A stretch of DNA of 25,767 bases from Bdellovibrionia bacterium (lineage in GTDB: Bacteria; Bdellovibrionota; UBA1018): assembly GCA_049424145.1 (NCBI GenBank), contig JBMSSC010000026.1, forward strand, positions 1-25,767. Reading direction: 5' to 3'. Position numbers and translations under genes: made by a program. Positions 16,310 through 25,189 of this stretch are shown here, one piece after another; positions within the stretch are counted from its first letter, which is position 1; every line of letters begins with the position of its first letter. The notes below the pieces were generated by a model. It worked only from the letters and a program-made list of their open reading frames with translations, was not told the DNA's origin and did no database searches.

Positions 16310-16801
16310 TGATTTTTTTCACTCTCGATCTTTTGAGCTCCTGAAATGGGATTTTGGGTGTTAGGTGGGACAAACATGGATTTTTTCTAAAATTTTTTTG
16401 ATCGAATTTTTTTAGCCCGCAGACCTCTTCCCCTTAAGGAGGACGTTAGGATTTTACCGGTTGTGGGCCTTTTTCCTATGCGCTACCCAATCGGAAGTTC
16501 CTTGAAAGTTTGCGTTCTGGTTCCCGCAATCGCAAGAGATTGCGTAAAACTTTTGCGAGGTAAAATCTAAAATGCACGGTAGAAGGTGAGCGACATTTGG
16601 CCCTCCGTGAGTTCGAGATGACAAGTGTCTCAAAACGTCACCCACGGAACGTGGGAAAGTGCGCGTGGAGGGCAGGATCAGACGATATGAGGATGGAATA
16701 TTCCGGAAAATCGCAAGCTCTAAGAAACGCGAATCGGGCTCATCCCCTGAAAAGCTTTGGTCTCTCAGGCCAGAGAGCTGTTCACTTTCAAGCTGGATCT
16801 T

Positions 16802-19666
16802 ATGAAAGCCTCTTTTCTGTCCCCAGATCAATCAGCCGAATTTTTGGCTCTTCTTGAGGACTTTCTCACCCAGCTTTATCCCGCTCGTGATCTGACCCCG
16901 CTGCAGCTCTCTCATCGAATTGAGGAAGATTTAGGGATCGATAGTCTGGCTCGGGCTCAACTCGGTCTTCAGATTCAAAGACGCTGGGAAATTTCTCTCC
17001 CCTCAGCCCATTTGTTTCAGTCCCAAACGTTAGGTGATCTTTTTTCCGCGCTCCTCTCGGAGCAGCATAAAAAGCCATGGGGGTGGAGCTCCCCTCAAAG
17101 CGGGATGGGGGCTCGAATTCTTGAGACTCCACTTTCGGCTCAGACTCTGATTGATGTTTTATCGTGGCATGCAAAAAGAAATCCCCAGCAAGTCTATTTG
17201 GAGATGATTCATCCGCGGAATGATCCCCCTGAGCGATCCTTTCGAGTGAAGTATATTCAGCTCTTAGAACGTTCGCAGCGCGTGGCAGCTGAGCTCCTTA
17301 GGCTTGGACTGAGTCGAGGTGAGCCTGTTGCTATTGCTCTTCCCACAGGAGAGGATTTTTTCTTCTCCTTCTTTGGAGTTCTCTTAGCAGGCGGTGTGGC
17401 AGTTCCGCTTTATCCTCCCCGAGGACTTCATCTCATCGAAGAGGAACTTAAGCGTCACGTTTGGATTCTATCGAACTGTCAGGCTCGCTTGATCATCACT
17501 TTGTCTGAAGGAGTGAAGTTCACACGGATGGTTCAAGCTCAGTTGTCATATTCATGTCGGATCTTAAGTCCTACTCAACTGAGCCGATCGGCTCAACTCC
17601 TCAATCCTCCCTCCGTTCGGGAGTCAGAGTTGGCTCTCATTCAATACACCTCAGGCTCAACGGGTAATCCTAAGGGGGTGACGCTCACGCATGCTCAGAT
17701 CCTGGCTAATATTCGTGCCATGGGATCGGCCATCTCAGCCACCTGCCAAGATGTTTTCGTCAGTTGGTTGCCACTTTATCATGACATGGGGTTAATTGGT
17801 GCAGCGCTTGGATCTTTCTATTATGGTGCGCTCTTGGTCTTAACCTCACCTCTTGAGTTTTTAGCCTATCCGCCCCTCTGGCTTCAACTCATCCACCGGT
17901 ACCGGGGGACTCTCTCCGCTGCACCTAATTTTGCCTATGATCTGGTTGCTCGGGAGACGCCTGAGTCCGTTCGAAAGCATCTGGATCTGAGCCTCTGGCG
18001 GGTGGCTTTTAATGGGTCGGAGCCCGTGAGTGCCAACACCTTGCGTCAGTTCACTGAGCGCTTTCAGAGTCAAGGATTTCACAGCGAGTCCTTAGTGCCG
18101 GTTTATGGCTTGGCTGAGTGTTCGGTCGGCTTAACGTTTTCAGTCTTAGGGCGTAAACCTCGAGTGGATCGAATCTTGCGGGAGGATTTTCAAAGGCTTG
18201 CCCGTGCTGGTGTGGCACCTTCTTTTGAAAAAGCTCCGCTCGAGGTCGTGAGTTGTGGATTCCCTTTACCCGCTCACCAGGTTCGGATCGTGAATGAAGA
18301 CGGCCTGGTGCTTTCTGAGCGAAGGGTGGGCAGAATTCAGTTTCAAGGTCCGTCCAGTACGTTGGGGTATTATAGGAACCCTCAAGCCAATCGAGAGTTA
18401 TTTGAGCAGTCCAATCAGGTGGGGAAAAAAAATACTTGGCTCAATACGGGGGACTTAGGTTACCTCGCCCAGGGCGAGCTCTTTGTGACGGGACGAAGCA
18501 AGGACCTGATCATTCGGGGAGGACAGCATTTTTTCCCAGAAATGCTGGAGCAGGAGTTAGGCCGGGTTCCTGGCGTCCGGCGAGGGTGTGTTGCGGTTTT
18601 AGGGCAAAGAGAAGTAGGGGGAGTAGCAGAACGAGTTTTGGTGCTGGTGGAGACCCGGATTCGGGAAAAAAAGCAACAGCAACTCCTTCATGATTTCTTG
18701 GTCAAGAAATCTCAAGAAGTCCTGAAAATACCCATTGATCAGCTGCTTTTACTTCCACCTCGGAGTCTTTTGAAAACTCCCAGTGGAAAAATCAGGCGGT
18801 CGGCTTGTTTGAAACTCTATGAGTCAGGTCAGCTGGGAAGAATCACGCCTCTTTGGAGGCAGCGACTTAAACTTGGGCTTCAGGCCATGGTCTTACGCCT
18901 CATGCGGACTGTGAATCGAGGGGGACAGTTTCTTTTTAGTCTCTATTTTTGGTTAGTCGCGTTTCTTCTTCTTCCCTTTCTGGGGGTCACTTTGGTCTTG
19001 CCTGGTCTGGTTTTAAGACAGCACGTTCTTCAAGGGATCCTTCGCTTGCTCTGGGGGCTGACGAGGATTCGGATTGAGATTCAAGGGAGCGTAAATCCGA
19101 TAGAAAAAAAACGCATTCCCAGTCGCGCTAAAATCTTTGTCTCCAATCACACTAGTTATTTGGATGCCCTGGTTTTAGCTACCCTCCTTCATCCTCCTTT
19201 TTCTTTTGTTGCAAAAAACGAGTTTTTATCTGAGCCCTTGTTAGGCTGGACGTTTCGACGGTTGGGCTGCGTTTTTGTTGAGCGTTGGGATGCCCAAGTG
19301 TCCGTGGAAGACTTTGAGAGGATAAAAAAAACGGTTCTTCATTCAGCAGACTTGGTTTTCTTTCCTGAGGGGACGTTCTCAGCCAAAGCAGAGTTGGGTG
19401 AGTTTCGCATGGGAGCATTTCAAATGGCTGCGCAATCGGGACATGATCTAGTTCCTATAGTCCTATTAGGGGCTCGAGAGGTGTTTTATCCGGAGGGTTG
19501 GCAAGTGAAGCGAGGGAGAATTCGGGTTTGGGTGCTGCCCTCCGTGCGATCTTTAGACTCTAGTTGGCAGTCCGCACTTTTACTAAGAGAGTCGACTCGA
19601 GAGTTGATCCGAAATCTAATTCAGGAGGAGCAAGACCGAAATCACAAGACCGATGTGATTGAATGA
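16802..19666 (+). CDS. Acyl-carrier / fatty acyl-AMP ligase / PlsC-type acyltransferase fusion
   Basis: ACP motif DLGIDSL. Adenylation motifs YTSGSTGNPKG, WLPLYHDMGLIG, YGLAE, TGDLG, GRSKD and KTPSGK. A TM segment, then NHTSYLD (HX4D) and FPEGT. The ORF opens at 16757. Confidence 0.9.
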   Translation: MKASFLSPDQSAEFLALLEDFLTQLYPARDLTPLQLSHRIEEDLGIDSLARAQLGLQIQRRWEISLPSAHLFQSQTLGDLFSALLSEQHKKPWGWSSPQSGMGARILETPLSAQTLIDVLSWHAKRNPQQVYLEMIHPRNDPPERSFRVKYIQLLERSQRVAAELLRLGLSRGEPVAIALPTGEDFFFSFFGVLLAGGVAVPLYPPRGLHLIEEELKRHVWILSNCQARLIITLSEGVKFTRMVQAQLSYSCRILSPTQLSRSAQLLNPPSVRESELALIQYTSGSTGNPKGVTLTHAQILANIRAMGSAISATCQDVFVSWLPLYHDMGLIGAALGSFYYGALLVLTSPLEFLAYPPLWLQLIHRYRGTLSAAPNFAYDLVARETPESVRKHLDLSLWRVAFNGSEPVSANTLRQFTERFQSQGFHSESLVPVYGLAECSVGLTFSVLGRKPRVDRILREDFQRLARAGVAPSFEKAPLEVVSCGFPLPAHQVRIVNEDGLVLSERRVGRIQFQGPSSTLGYYRNPQANRELFEQSNQVGKKNTWLNTGDLGYLAQGELFVTGRSKDLIIRGGQHFFPEMLEQELGRVPGVRRGCVAVLGQREVGGVAERVLVLVETRIREKKQQQLLHDFLVKKSQEVLKIPIDQLLLLPPRSLLKTPSGKIRRSACLKLYESGQLGRITPLWRQRLKLGLQAMVLRLMRTVNRGGQFLFSLYFWLVAFLLLPFLGVTLVLPGLVLRQHVLQGILRLLWGLTRIRIEIQGSVNPIEKKRIPSRAKIFVSNHTSYLDALVLATLLHPPFSFVAKNEFLSEPLLGWTFRRLGCVFVERWDAQVSVEDFERIKKTVLHSADLVFFPEGTFSAKAELGEFRMGAFQMAAQSGHDLVPIVLLGAREVFYPEGWQVKRGRIRVWVLPSVRSLDSSWQSALLLRESTRELIRNLIQEEQDRNHKTDVIE

Positions 19667-19926
19667 ATCAGGGCATTTATATAAAATGAAAAAAAATGGG
19701 TTTCAGAGCGTTCGTCCATTGGGTTCGGATTTCTATCCGAGAAAAAACGTGAGTTCAGAAGCTTGGCTCATCCGAGTCGAATTGCGCAAGCCTCATTCAG
19801 TACGATCACTAAGATCAAACGACGGCTGGATCTCACGAGAAGAGACGGTTCTTGCATAGCTCAGTGTCATCTCTGAACGACTGAGTTGAAGTCGCTCATG
19901 ATTGTTCGCTCATGGGAGGTTGGACA

Positions 19927-20577
19927 ATGGAAGAGTTCAAAAACCGGGTGCAAGCGGCAGAGGCCTTATCAAAAAAGCTGTCAGACTATCGTGGAAAAAA
20001 TCCACTTATTCTGGGGATTCCTCGAGGAGCTGTCCCTATGGCTCAAGTCTTAGCTCAACAGCTGCATGGAGATTTAGATGTGGTTTTAGTTCATAAGATC
20101 AGTGCTCCTGAGAATCCCGAGTTTGCCATTGGCTCAGTCAGTGAGTTTGGAACCGTCACGATATCCGAAGTCGCCTATTTATGTGAAGTTCCCCCGGGCT
20201 ACCTTCAAAAAGCGGCTGACTCTGAAATTCATCGGTTAAGAGAGAAGAGAAAATGGATCTCGCCCGTGCGTCCGGCTTTGTCGCCTAAAAACCGCATCGT
20301 GATCATTGTGGACGATGGAATTGCCACCGGCTCAACGATGCTGGCCGCCGTTCGGGCGATTCGCGCTCAGAAGCCAAAGCGATTGATCGTTGCTGCTCCC
20401 ATGGGTTCTCCAAAAGCCATGGATCGATTCAGGCAAGAAATCGATGAGTTGGTGGTTTTAGAGGCTCCGGAGAGCTTTTATTCCATCAGTCAGTTTTATG
20501 AGGACTTTCCTCAAGTCACGGATGATGAAGTCCTTCAGATCTTAGCTCAAGCCTCAAAAAATCAGAAGGCCGCTTAG
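19927..20577 (+). CDS. Putative phosphoribosyltransferase (type I PRT, COG1926-like)
   Basis: FKNRVQAAEAL, ILGIPRGAVP, PRPP loop IIVDDGIATGSTM and ISQFYEDFPQVTDDEV. GGAGG RBS lies before ATG 19927; the ORF opens at 19912. Confidence 0.92.
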   Translation: MEEFKNRVQAAEALSKKLSDYRGKNPLILGIPRGAVPMAQVLAQQLHGDLDVVLVHKISAPENPEFAIGSVSEFGTVTISEVAYLCEVPPGYLQKAADSEIHRLREKRKWISPVRPALSPKNRIVIIVDDGIATGSTMLAAVRAIRAQKPKRLIVAAPMGSPKAMDRFRQEIDELVVLEAPESFYSISQFYEDFPQVTDDEVLQILAQASKNQKAA

Positions 20578-20616
20578 TTTGGCTTCTGATTTGCTATGTC
20601 CATGTTGAGGAAATTT

Positions 20617-21819
20617 ATGAAAAAAATTCTTTGCGTTCTCTACAATGATCCAATCACAGGATATCCTCCCAAATATGCTCGGGATGACGTCCCGAAGCTC
20701 GATCATTATCCAGACGGTCAAACGCTTCCAAACCCTTCAGCGATCGACTTTAAACCCGGCACACTTTTGGGCTGTGTGAGTGGCGAATTGGGCCTAAGGT
20801 CTTTCGTTGAGGCTCAGGGCTACCAGTTCATCGTGACTTCAGACAAAGATGGATCTCAAAGTGTCTTTGAACAAGAGATTTCCGACGCAGAGGTGGTGAT
20901 TTCTCAGCCGTTTTGGCCGGCTTATTTGACTCAGGAGCGGATGCAAAAAGCAAAGCAATTGAAACTCGTCATCACAGCAGGAATCGGATCGGACCATGTG
21001 GATTTAAAGTCGGCTTTGGATCATCAAATCACGGTTGCTGAAATCACTTCCTGCAATAGTATCAGCACAGCGGAACACACGGTGATGCAGCTGCTGGCTT
21101 TAGTGAGAAACTATATTCCCTCCTATAACTGGGTTGTGAATCAGGGGTGGAATATTGCTGATTGTGTGTCCCGATCCTATGACCTCGAAGGAATGACCGT
21201 GGGGATCGTTGGAGCCGGTCGAATTGGTCAGGCTGTTTTAAAGCGACTGAAGGCATTTGATACTCAACTTCACTACACAGATCGTCATCGACTGGGCTCG
21301 GATCTAGAAAATGAATTATCGCTGACTTATCATCCGAGTGTAAAAACTCTCGTGCCCTTGTGTGATGCGATTTCGATTCACTGTCCTCTGCACGCAGATA
21401 CAGAACATCTCTTCAACGACGATTTGATTTCCCAGATGAAACGTGGAGCTTATCTGGTGAATACGGCTCGGGGAAAAATTTGTGATCGAGATGCCGTGGT
21501 CAAGGCATTAACTGAAGGCCGTTTAGGTGGGTATGCAGGCGATGTGTGGTTTCCTCAGCCGCCTCCTCAGGATCACCCTTGGAGGACGATGCCCCATCAT
21601 GCCATGACTCCTCATGTGGCAGGAACGACACTTTCAGCTCAAGCTCGATACGCCTCAGGAGTTCGCGAGATTCTCGAGTGCTACTTTCAGGGAAAACCCA
21701 TTCGAACCGAGTACCTGATTGCTCATGAGGGAAAGCTGGTCGGTACAGGGGCGCATTCCTACTCCATTGGAAACGTTACTCAGGGCTCAGAGGAGGCCGA
21801 GCGGTTCAAAGCGGCCTAA
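20617..21819 (+). CDS. fdh: NAD-dependent (metal-independent) formate dehydrogenase
   Basis: KILCVLY.DP..GYP, ISQPFWPAY, TAGIGSDHVD, GAGRIG, TDRH, VNTARG, GDVWFPQP and MTPH motifs match the Pseudomonas sp. 101-type FDH family. Confidence 0.96.
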   Translation: MKKILCVLYNDPITGYPPKYARDDVPKLDHYPDGQTLPNPSAIDFKPGTLLGCVSGELGLRSFVEAQGYQFIVTSDKDGSQSVFEQEISDAEVVISQPFWPAYLTQERMQKAKQLKLVITAGIGSDHVDLKSALDHQITVAEITSCNSISTAEHTVMQLLALVRNYIPSYNWVVNQGWNIADCVSRSYDLEGMTVGIVGAGRIGQAVLKRLKAFDTQLHYTDRHRLGSDLENELSLTYHPSVKTLVPLCDAISIHCPLHADTEHLFNDDLISQMKRGAYLVNTARGKICDRDAVVKALTEGRLGGYAGDVWFPQPPPQDHPWRTMPHHAMTPHVAGTTLSAQARYASGVREILECYFQGKPIRTEYLIAHEGKLVGTGAHSYSIGNVTQGSEEAERFKAA

Positions 21820-21821
21820 AA

Positions 21822-21849
21822 AATCAAGCGCTCTTTTGAGGCTTTGATT
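21822..21849. terminator. Hairpin between convergent fdh and lipoprotein genes
   Basis: Imperfect stem AATCAAGCGCTC-tttt-GAGGCTTTGATT in a 36-bp convergent gap. Confidence 0.45.
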
Positions 21850-21855
21850 CACCCT

Positions 21856-23124
21856 CTATTTTGAGATCGTATTTTTGTATCCCTTAGGCTTAAAGTCCAC
21901 TGAGGCCGTATCATTTCCGAGTAAAACGGAGTCCCCATTTAGTCGGATGGCAAATCCTGAGGTGAGGTTCATCTGGATGGGTGCATCAATGGCATAAATC
22001 TCGGATTGATACCCTAAGTAGGACCAGCCTTGGGTTTCACTCTGAGGGATGGTTTGAACTTGAGATGGATTTCCATTAATGTATTTTTTAACTACAATAG
22101 TTGATGGATCGGCATCTTGATCGATAAAAATATAGCGTTGTCGGAAAGATCCCTTTTGAATTTGAAGCTGTGATGACAGAGAAGCTAAAATACTAGAAAC
22201 TGGCTGAGTGCAAAGGTCATAGAATTGTCCTCCAGTCTGAAGAGCCATTTTTTTGTATCGACTTCCTGCTGTTGCTCCAGCTCCTAAACAGTTTGAGCTA
22301 TTCGCTCCTGCTACAGCAGCATGAATCTGAATATTTGAGTAGGAGCTTTTCAATGAATTCTTAAAAGCATCAAGGTAGTGATTGAAGCTTAATTCATAGG
22401 ATCCACAATTCGTTTGATCTAAGCTAGTGCATAACGGGGTGTTGGGGACGTTTTCACACTTCAAGGTGTTATCTCCTGCTCCAGGAAATGAACAAAAGTT
22501 CACCTTCGATGTGTCATCCGCTAAGCTTACGATGATCGGAATAAAAAGAGAGTCTTTTCGTAAGAAATTCGAGGTGGAAAAACCGGCTTGAAGTTGGGAC
22601 TTCAGGGTTTCAAATCCTGGCTCAAAGCTATAGTTTTGGGTCGTGAGATCGGCTTGTCCCATAAACCCTCCATATTGCGAGGGAAAGGAGAAGAAGGATC
22701 TGTCTACGTCGTTTATGGTGATATTTGGATCAAGCCTATTAGCTCCAGGATAAGGAGGCGTCCAGCTTGAACCATAGTTGGTATCATAGGAGGAGGCCAC
22801 TACTTGATTGATGGGTCGAACCCCGCTGAGTCGGATCGAAGTGAAGTGGTAGTCCCATCCCTTCTGATTCAATTGATTGAGAAAAAGGGGAACCTGATTC
22901 TGAATTTGATCCCAGGCTTGCTTCATTCTGGCGCGATCGCTCTCTAGTAGAAGGATGTCGACTTTTGGGGGAATCGAATAAGTTCCAGGTGCAGAGGCGT
23001 TTTGAGTCGTTGTGACTACATAAAACGCAGATTTTCCGCATCCCGATAAGATCAGCAACAATAAAGCCCCAAATAGATTCCCAACGGAACTGGTCATGGT
23101 TCTCATTCTTCTGTGGTTTTTCAT
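21856..23124 (-). CDS. Lipoprotein with VWA-like domain (degenerate MIDAS)
   Basis: Lipobox LILSGC. KVDILLL..., FLRKDS..IIVSLADD and GSRY...ALQTGGQFYDLC patterns typical of secreted VWA-like proteins. An AGGAG RBS supports ATG 23124; the ORF opens at 23184. Confidence 0.7.
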   Translation of the reverse strand: MKNHRRMRTMTSSVGNLFGALLLLILSGCGKSAFYVVTTTQNASAPGTYSIPPKVDILLLESDRARMKQAWDQIQNQVPLFLNQLNQKGWDYHFTSIRLSGVRPINQVVASSYDTNYGSSWTPPYPGANRLDPNITINDVDRSFFSFPSQYGGFMGQADLTTQNYSFEPGFETLKSQLQAGFSTSNFLRKDSLFIPIIVSLADDTSKVNFCSFPGAGDNTLKCENVPNTPLCTSLDQTNCGSYELSFNHYLDAFKNSLKSSYSNIQIHAAVAGANSSNCLGAGATAGSRYKKMALQTGGQFYDLCTQPVSSILASLSSQLQIQKGSFRQRYIFIDQDADPSTIVVKKYINGNPSQVQTIPQSETQGWSYLGYQSEIYAIDAPIQMNLTSGFAIRLNGDSVLLGNDTASVDFKPKGYKNTISK

Positions 23125-23155
23125 AAATGAACTCCTGATCCTCTGGATGGAATTG

Positions 23156-23172
23156 AGCAAGGAGTAAGCCAT
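23156..23172 (-). promoter_or_regulatory. Sigma-54 (-24/-12) promoter of the lipoprotein gene
   Basis: Minus strand ATGGCTTACTCCTTGCT = TGGC-N7-TTGC, about 33 nt upstream of ATG 23124. Confidence 0.7.
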
Positions 23173-23284
23173 TTTTAAATTCAAACGATATTTTAAAAAT
23201 CTTTTTTAATATCGATGACTTAGAGCAGATTATGAGATGAAGATTTGGCTTTCAGGAGAACAGAGGGTGAGGCCTTTTTTTTAC

Positions 23285-23307
23285 AACTGTCTAACGGGTA
23301 GACAGTT
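23285..23307. promoter_or_regulatory. Palindromic candidate enhancer (upstream activating sequence)
   Basis: AACTGTCTA-acggg-TAGACAGTT, about 115-135 bp upstream of the -24 element. No U-tract follows on the minus strand. Confidence 0.5.
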
Positions 23308-23320
23308 CAGGGTGAGGTTC

Positions 23321-24598
23321 TTAGCTTGGAGACTCTGACTCGTTGAGTTCTTCAGGAAGGGGAACCACAGAGCTTCCCGAGCAAAGAATGACGTTCAAGT
23401 AAAACTTTTTTAGAGAGTGGATGATTCTTTGTTTCGCTCGACAGATCAACAGAAACCGTTGAGGAGGCGAGTGGAGACTTTCTAAGTCTTCCTTCGAGGG
23501 TTTTTGTGAATCAGAAAAAAAAGTTTTGGGCTGAAAAACGAAGCATGGACTGAAGGTGGTCGTTTCCTCTGGCTGAAGTTCAAAGGGAGTCCACTGATTT
23601 TCATCGATCATATTTAAATCATCTTCGTTGATTACTTCATTGGGTTCTAGGAGTCGAAGTCTTCGAATATTTGCATCGAGGAGGTCTTGCTGTTGGGCCA
23701 TGAAAATCAATCGTGGTGAGAGAATCACAGTGGGTTGACCTCGTTCCGGAGAAGTTTGTGCGTCTGCTCTAAACAGAGGGATCTCAAGGGGTGCAGGAAT
23801 GACTCTACAATTAGATTGGATGGGTTGAACGTTGGGACTTGGAGTTTGATTGAAGTCCTTCATGGAGTTTTCTAAAGTTCTCCATCGTTCAGATCGCTCG
23901 ATTCTGCTGGGTGAGCGACTGGAGGTGCTGTCATGCTGGGATCCTTCTAAGGGTCTTGGATCAAGGTCCTGCAAGTTTGAAGGTTGAATGACGCATCCTG
24001 ATGCGAAGGACGGAGAATTCACGACGAACCGACTTGGGCTTCCAGTTTTAAAGAGAGTCTGGGTAGAGAGGTTTAGCTCGCAGGGTGGAGCGAGTGAAGT
24101 TCTACCTCTTACGGCCGCTTGAGACAAGACGGTTAGGGGGACCGGATGAACTCGATAGCCGGAGGGGAGGCTCGAAAGTTGGGGGCTTGAACCATTGGTG
24201 GTCAGGTTTTTTCCAAATTGATGCTTTCGAGAAAGCTCAATTCGAGTTTGGATTTGACTTGAGCTCAAGCTTGGCATGGGGCTTTCATCATGGGAGAGTT
24301 CTCTCTCGCCTTGGTTCTCATCAGATAATGAAGCGGTAGGTGTAGGTGATGAGGAGAGTGCTGTGGCTTCCAGATAAATCATCTTCGGGTTGATTTTTTG
24401 ACCCAGTGGGTTTGATGAGAGTGCAATTTCGCAAGTATCCAGAACCATTGCGAACTTTTGGGGGATCTCCTCTTGTTGGTTGTCTGTATTCCATGGATCA
24501 GACTGGGTTGGCATGGCGAAGCTCAGTGGCGTAACAAAGAGCAGAGTTAAGATTCCGGAAAAGAGAGTTTTGCCGAGAGGCCTAAAGAGAGGATTCAC
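23321..24598 (-). CDS. Secreted Ser/Pro-rich, probably disordered hypothetical protein
   Basis: Long ORF (open to 24646). From GTG 24598 it reads as a signal peptide (..GILTLLFVTPLSFA). The body is low-complexity S/P/T/E with no recognisable domain. Start uncertain. Confidence 0.65.
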   Translation of the reverse strand: MNPLFRPLGKTLFSGILTLLFVTPLSFAMPTQSDPWNTDNQQEEIPQKFAMVLDTCEIALSSNPLGQKINPKMIYLEATALSSSPTPTASLSDENQGERELSHDESPMPSLSSSQIQTRIELSRKHQFGKNLTTNGSSPQLSSLPSGYRVHPVPLTVLSQAAVRGRTSLAPPCELNLSTQTLFKTGSPSRFVVNSPSFASGCVIQPSNLQDLDPRPLEGSQHDSTSSRSPSRIERSERWRTLENSMKDFNQTPSPNVQPIQSNCRVIPAPLEIPLFRADAQTSPERGQPTVILSPRLIFMAQQQDLLDANIRRLRLLEPNEVINEDDLNMIDENQWTPFELQPEETTTFSPCFVFQPKTFFSDSQKPSKEDLESLHSPPQRFLLICRAKQRIIHSLKKFYLNVILCSGSSVVPLPEELNESESPS

Positions 24599-25086
24599 TT
24601 TGGATATGATTAAAATAAGGTGAAAACTGAGCATAAATGGTATCAAAAATTTCCCAAAAAGAATTTAAGATGACAGAGTTGGAATGTCACCTATTTTTTA
24701 AAACTGAAACCCGATGTCTGTGCCTCACGCCGATTTTCTATGAGCCAGATGCTGAATCGACGGGGTCTGTGGCTAAGGTCATTTTCTATTTCAAATTTAT
24801 AGATTTGTCAACGGAGTAAGATTTTTGTCTTGGTGCAGAATAGCTCGAGAGCGAGGATTTTTCGAAAAAGTTCGATGAGCAACAGGTATTCTGTTGCGAT
24901 GCGGTTTTTAGTGGTTCGAATTTCGATCTTTTGAGGATTTCCAGGATTGACGAGGGGATTGAAGTTAAAAAAGCAAGATCCTACTTCATCCGTGCGGCTG
25001 GCTGAATTGCCTTCCTAGGGAAGAGAGGGCTTCTGCTCTGCATGCAAACTCTGAGCGAGGCGAAGCTCCACTCGTTTCGTCCCGAT

Positions 25087-25120
25087 AAACAGTCAGTCGA
25101 CTGAACTGTTTTTTCTTTTC
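25087..25120 (+). terminator. Terminator-like hairpin upstream of the MFS gene
   Basis: AAACAG-TCAGTCGACTGA-a-CTGTTT followed by TTTCTTTTC. Confidence 0.4.
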
Positions 25121-25189
25121 TTGACTTCGGATGCCCTTCTGGTTAGCTGGATTGATGTCATTGCATCAACCCAGTGTGAATCCTCGTTT

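Noticed and set aside
16454..16857. ORFs 16454-16831(-) and 16597-16857(+)
   Set aside because: No recognisable domain, weak starts, and they overlap the fusion gene start.
19841..19856. Sigma-54-like AGAGACGGTTCTTGCA upstream of the PRT gene (and a similar GA variant at 24631-24644 on the minus strand)
   Set aside because: The invariant -24 GG is GA, so these are not called as promoters.
19659..20096. ORFs 19659-19859 and 19902-20096
   Set aside because: No motifs; the second is an alternate frame of the PRT gene. The first cannot be fully excluded but has no support.
1124..24339. Numerous 60-145 aa ORFs nested in or antisense to long genes
   Set aside because: They fully overlap well-supported CDSs and have no independent coding signals.
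24637..24819. 60-aa plus-strand ORF
   Set aside because: Short, no RBS or motif, and it lies in the probable promoter region of the Ser/Pro-rich gene.
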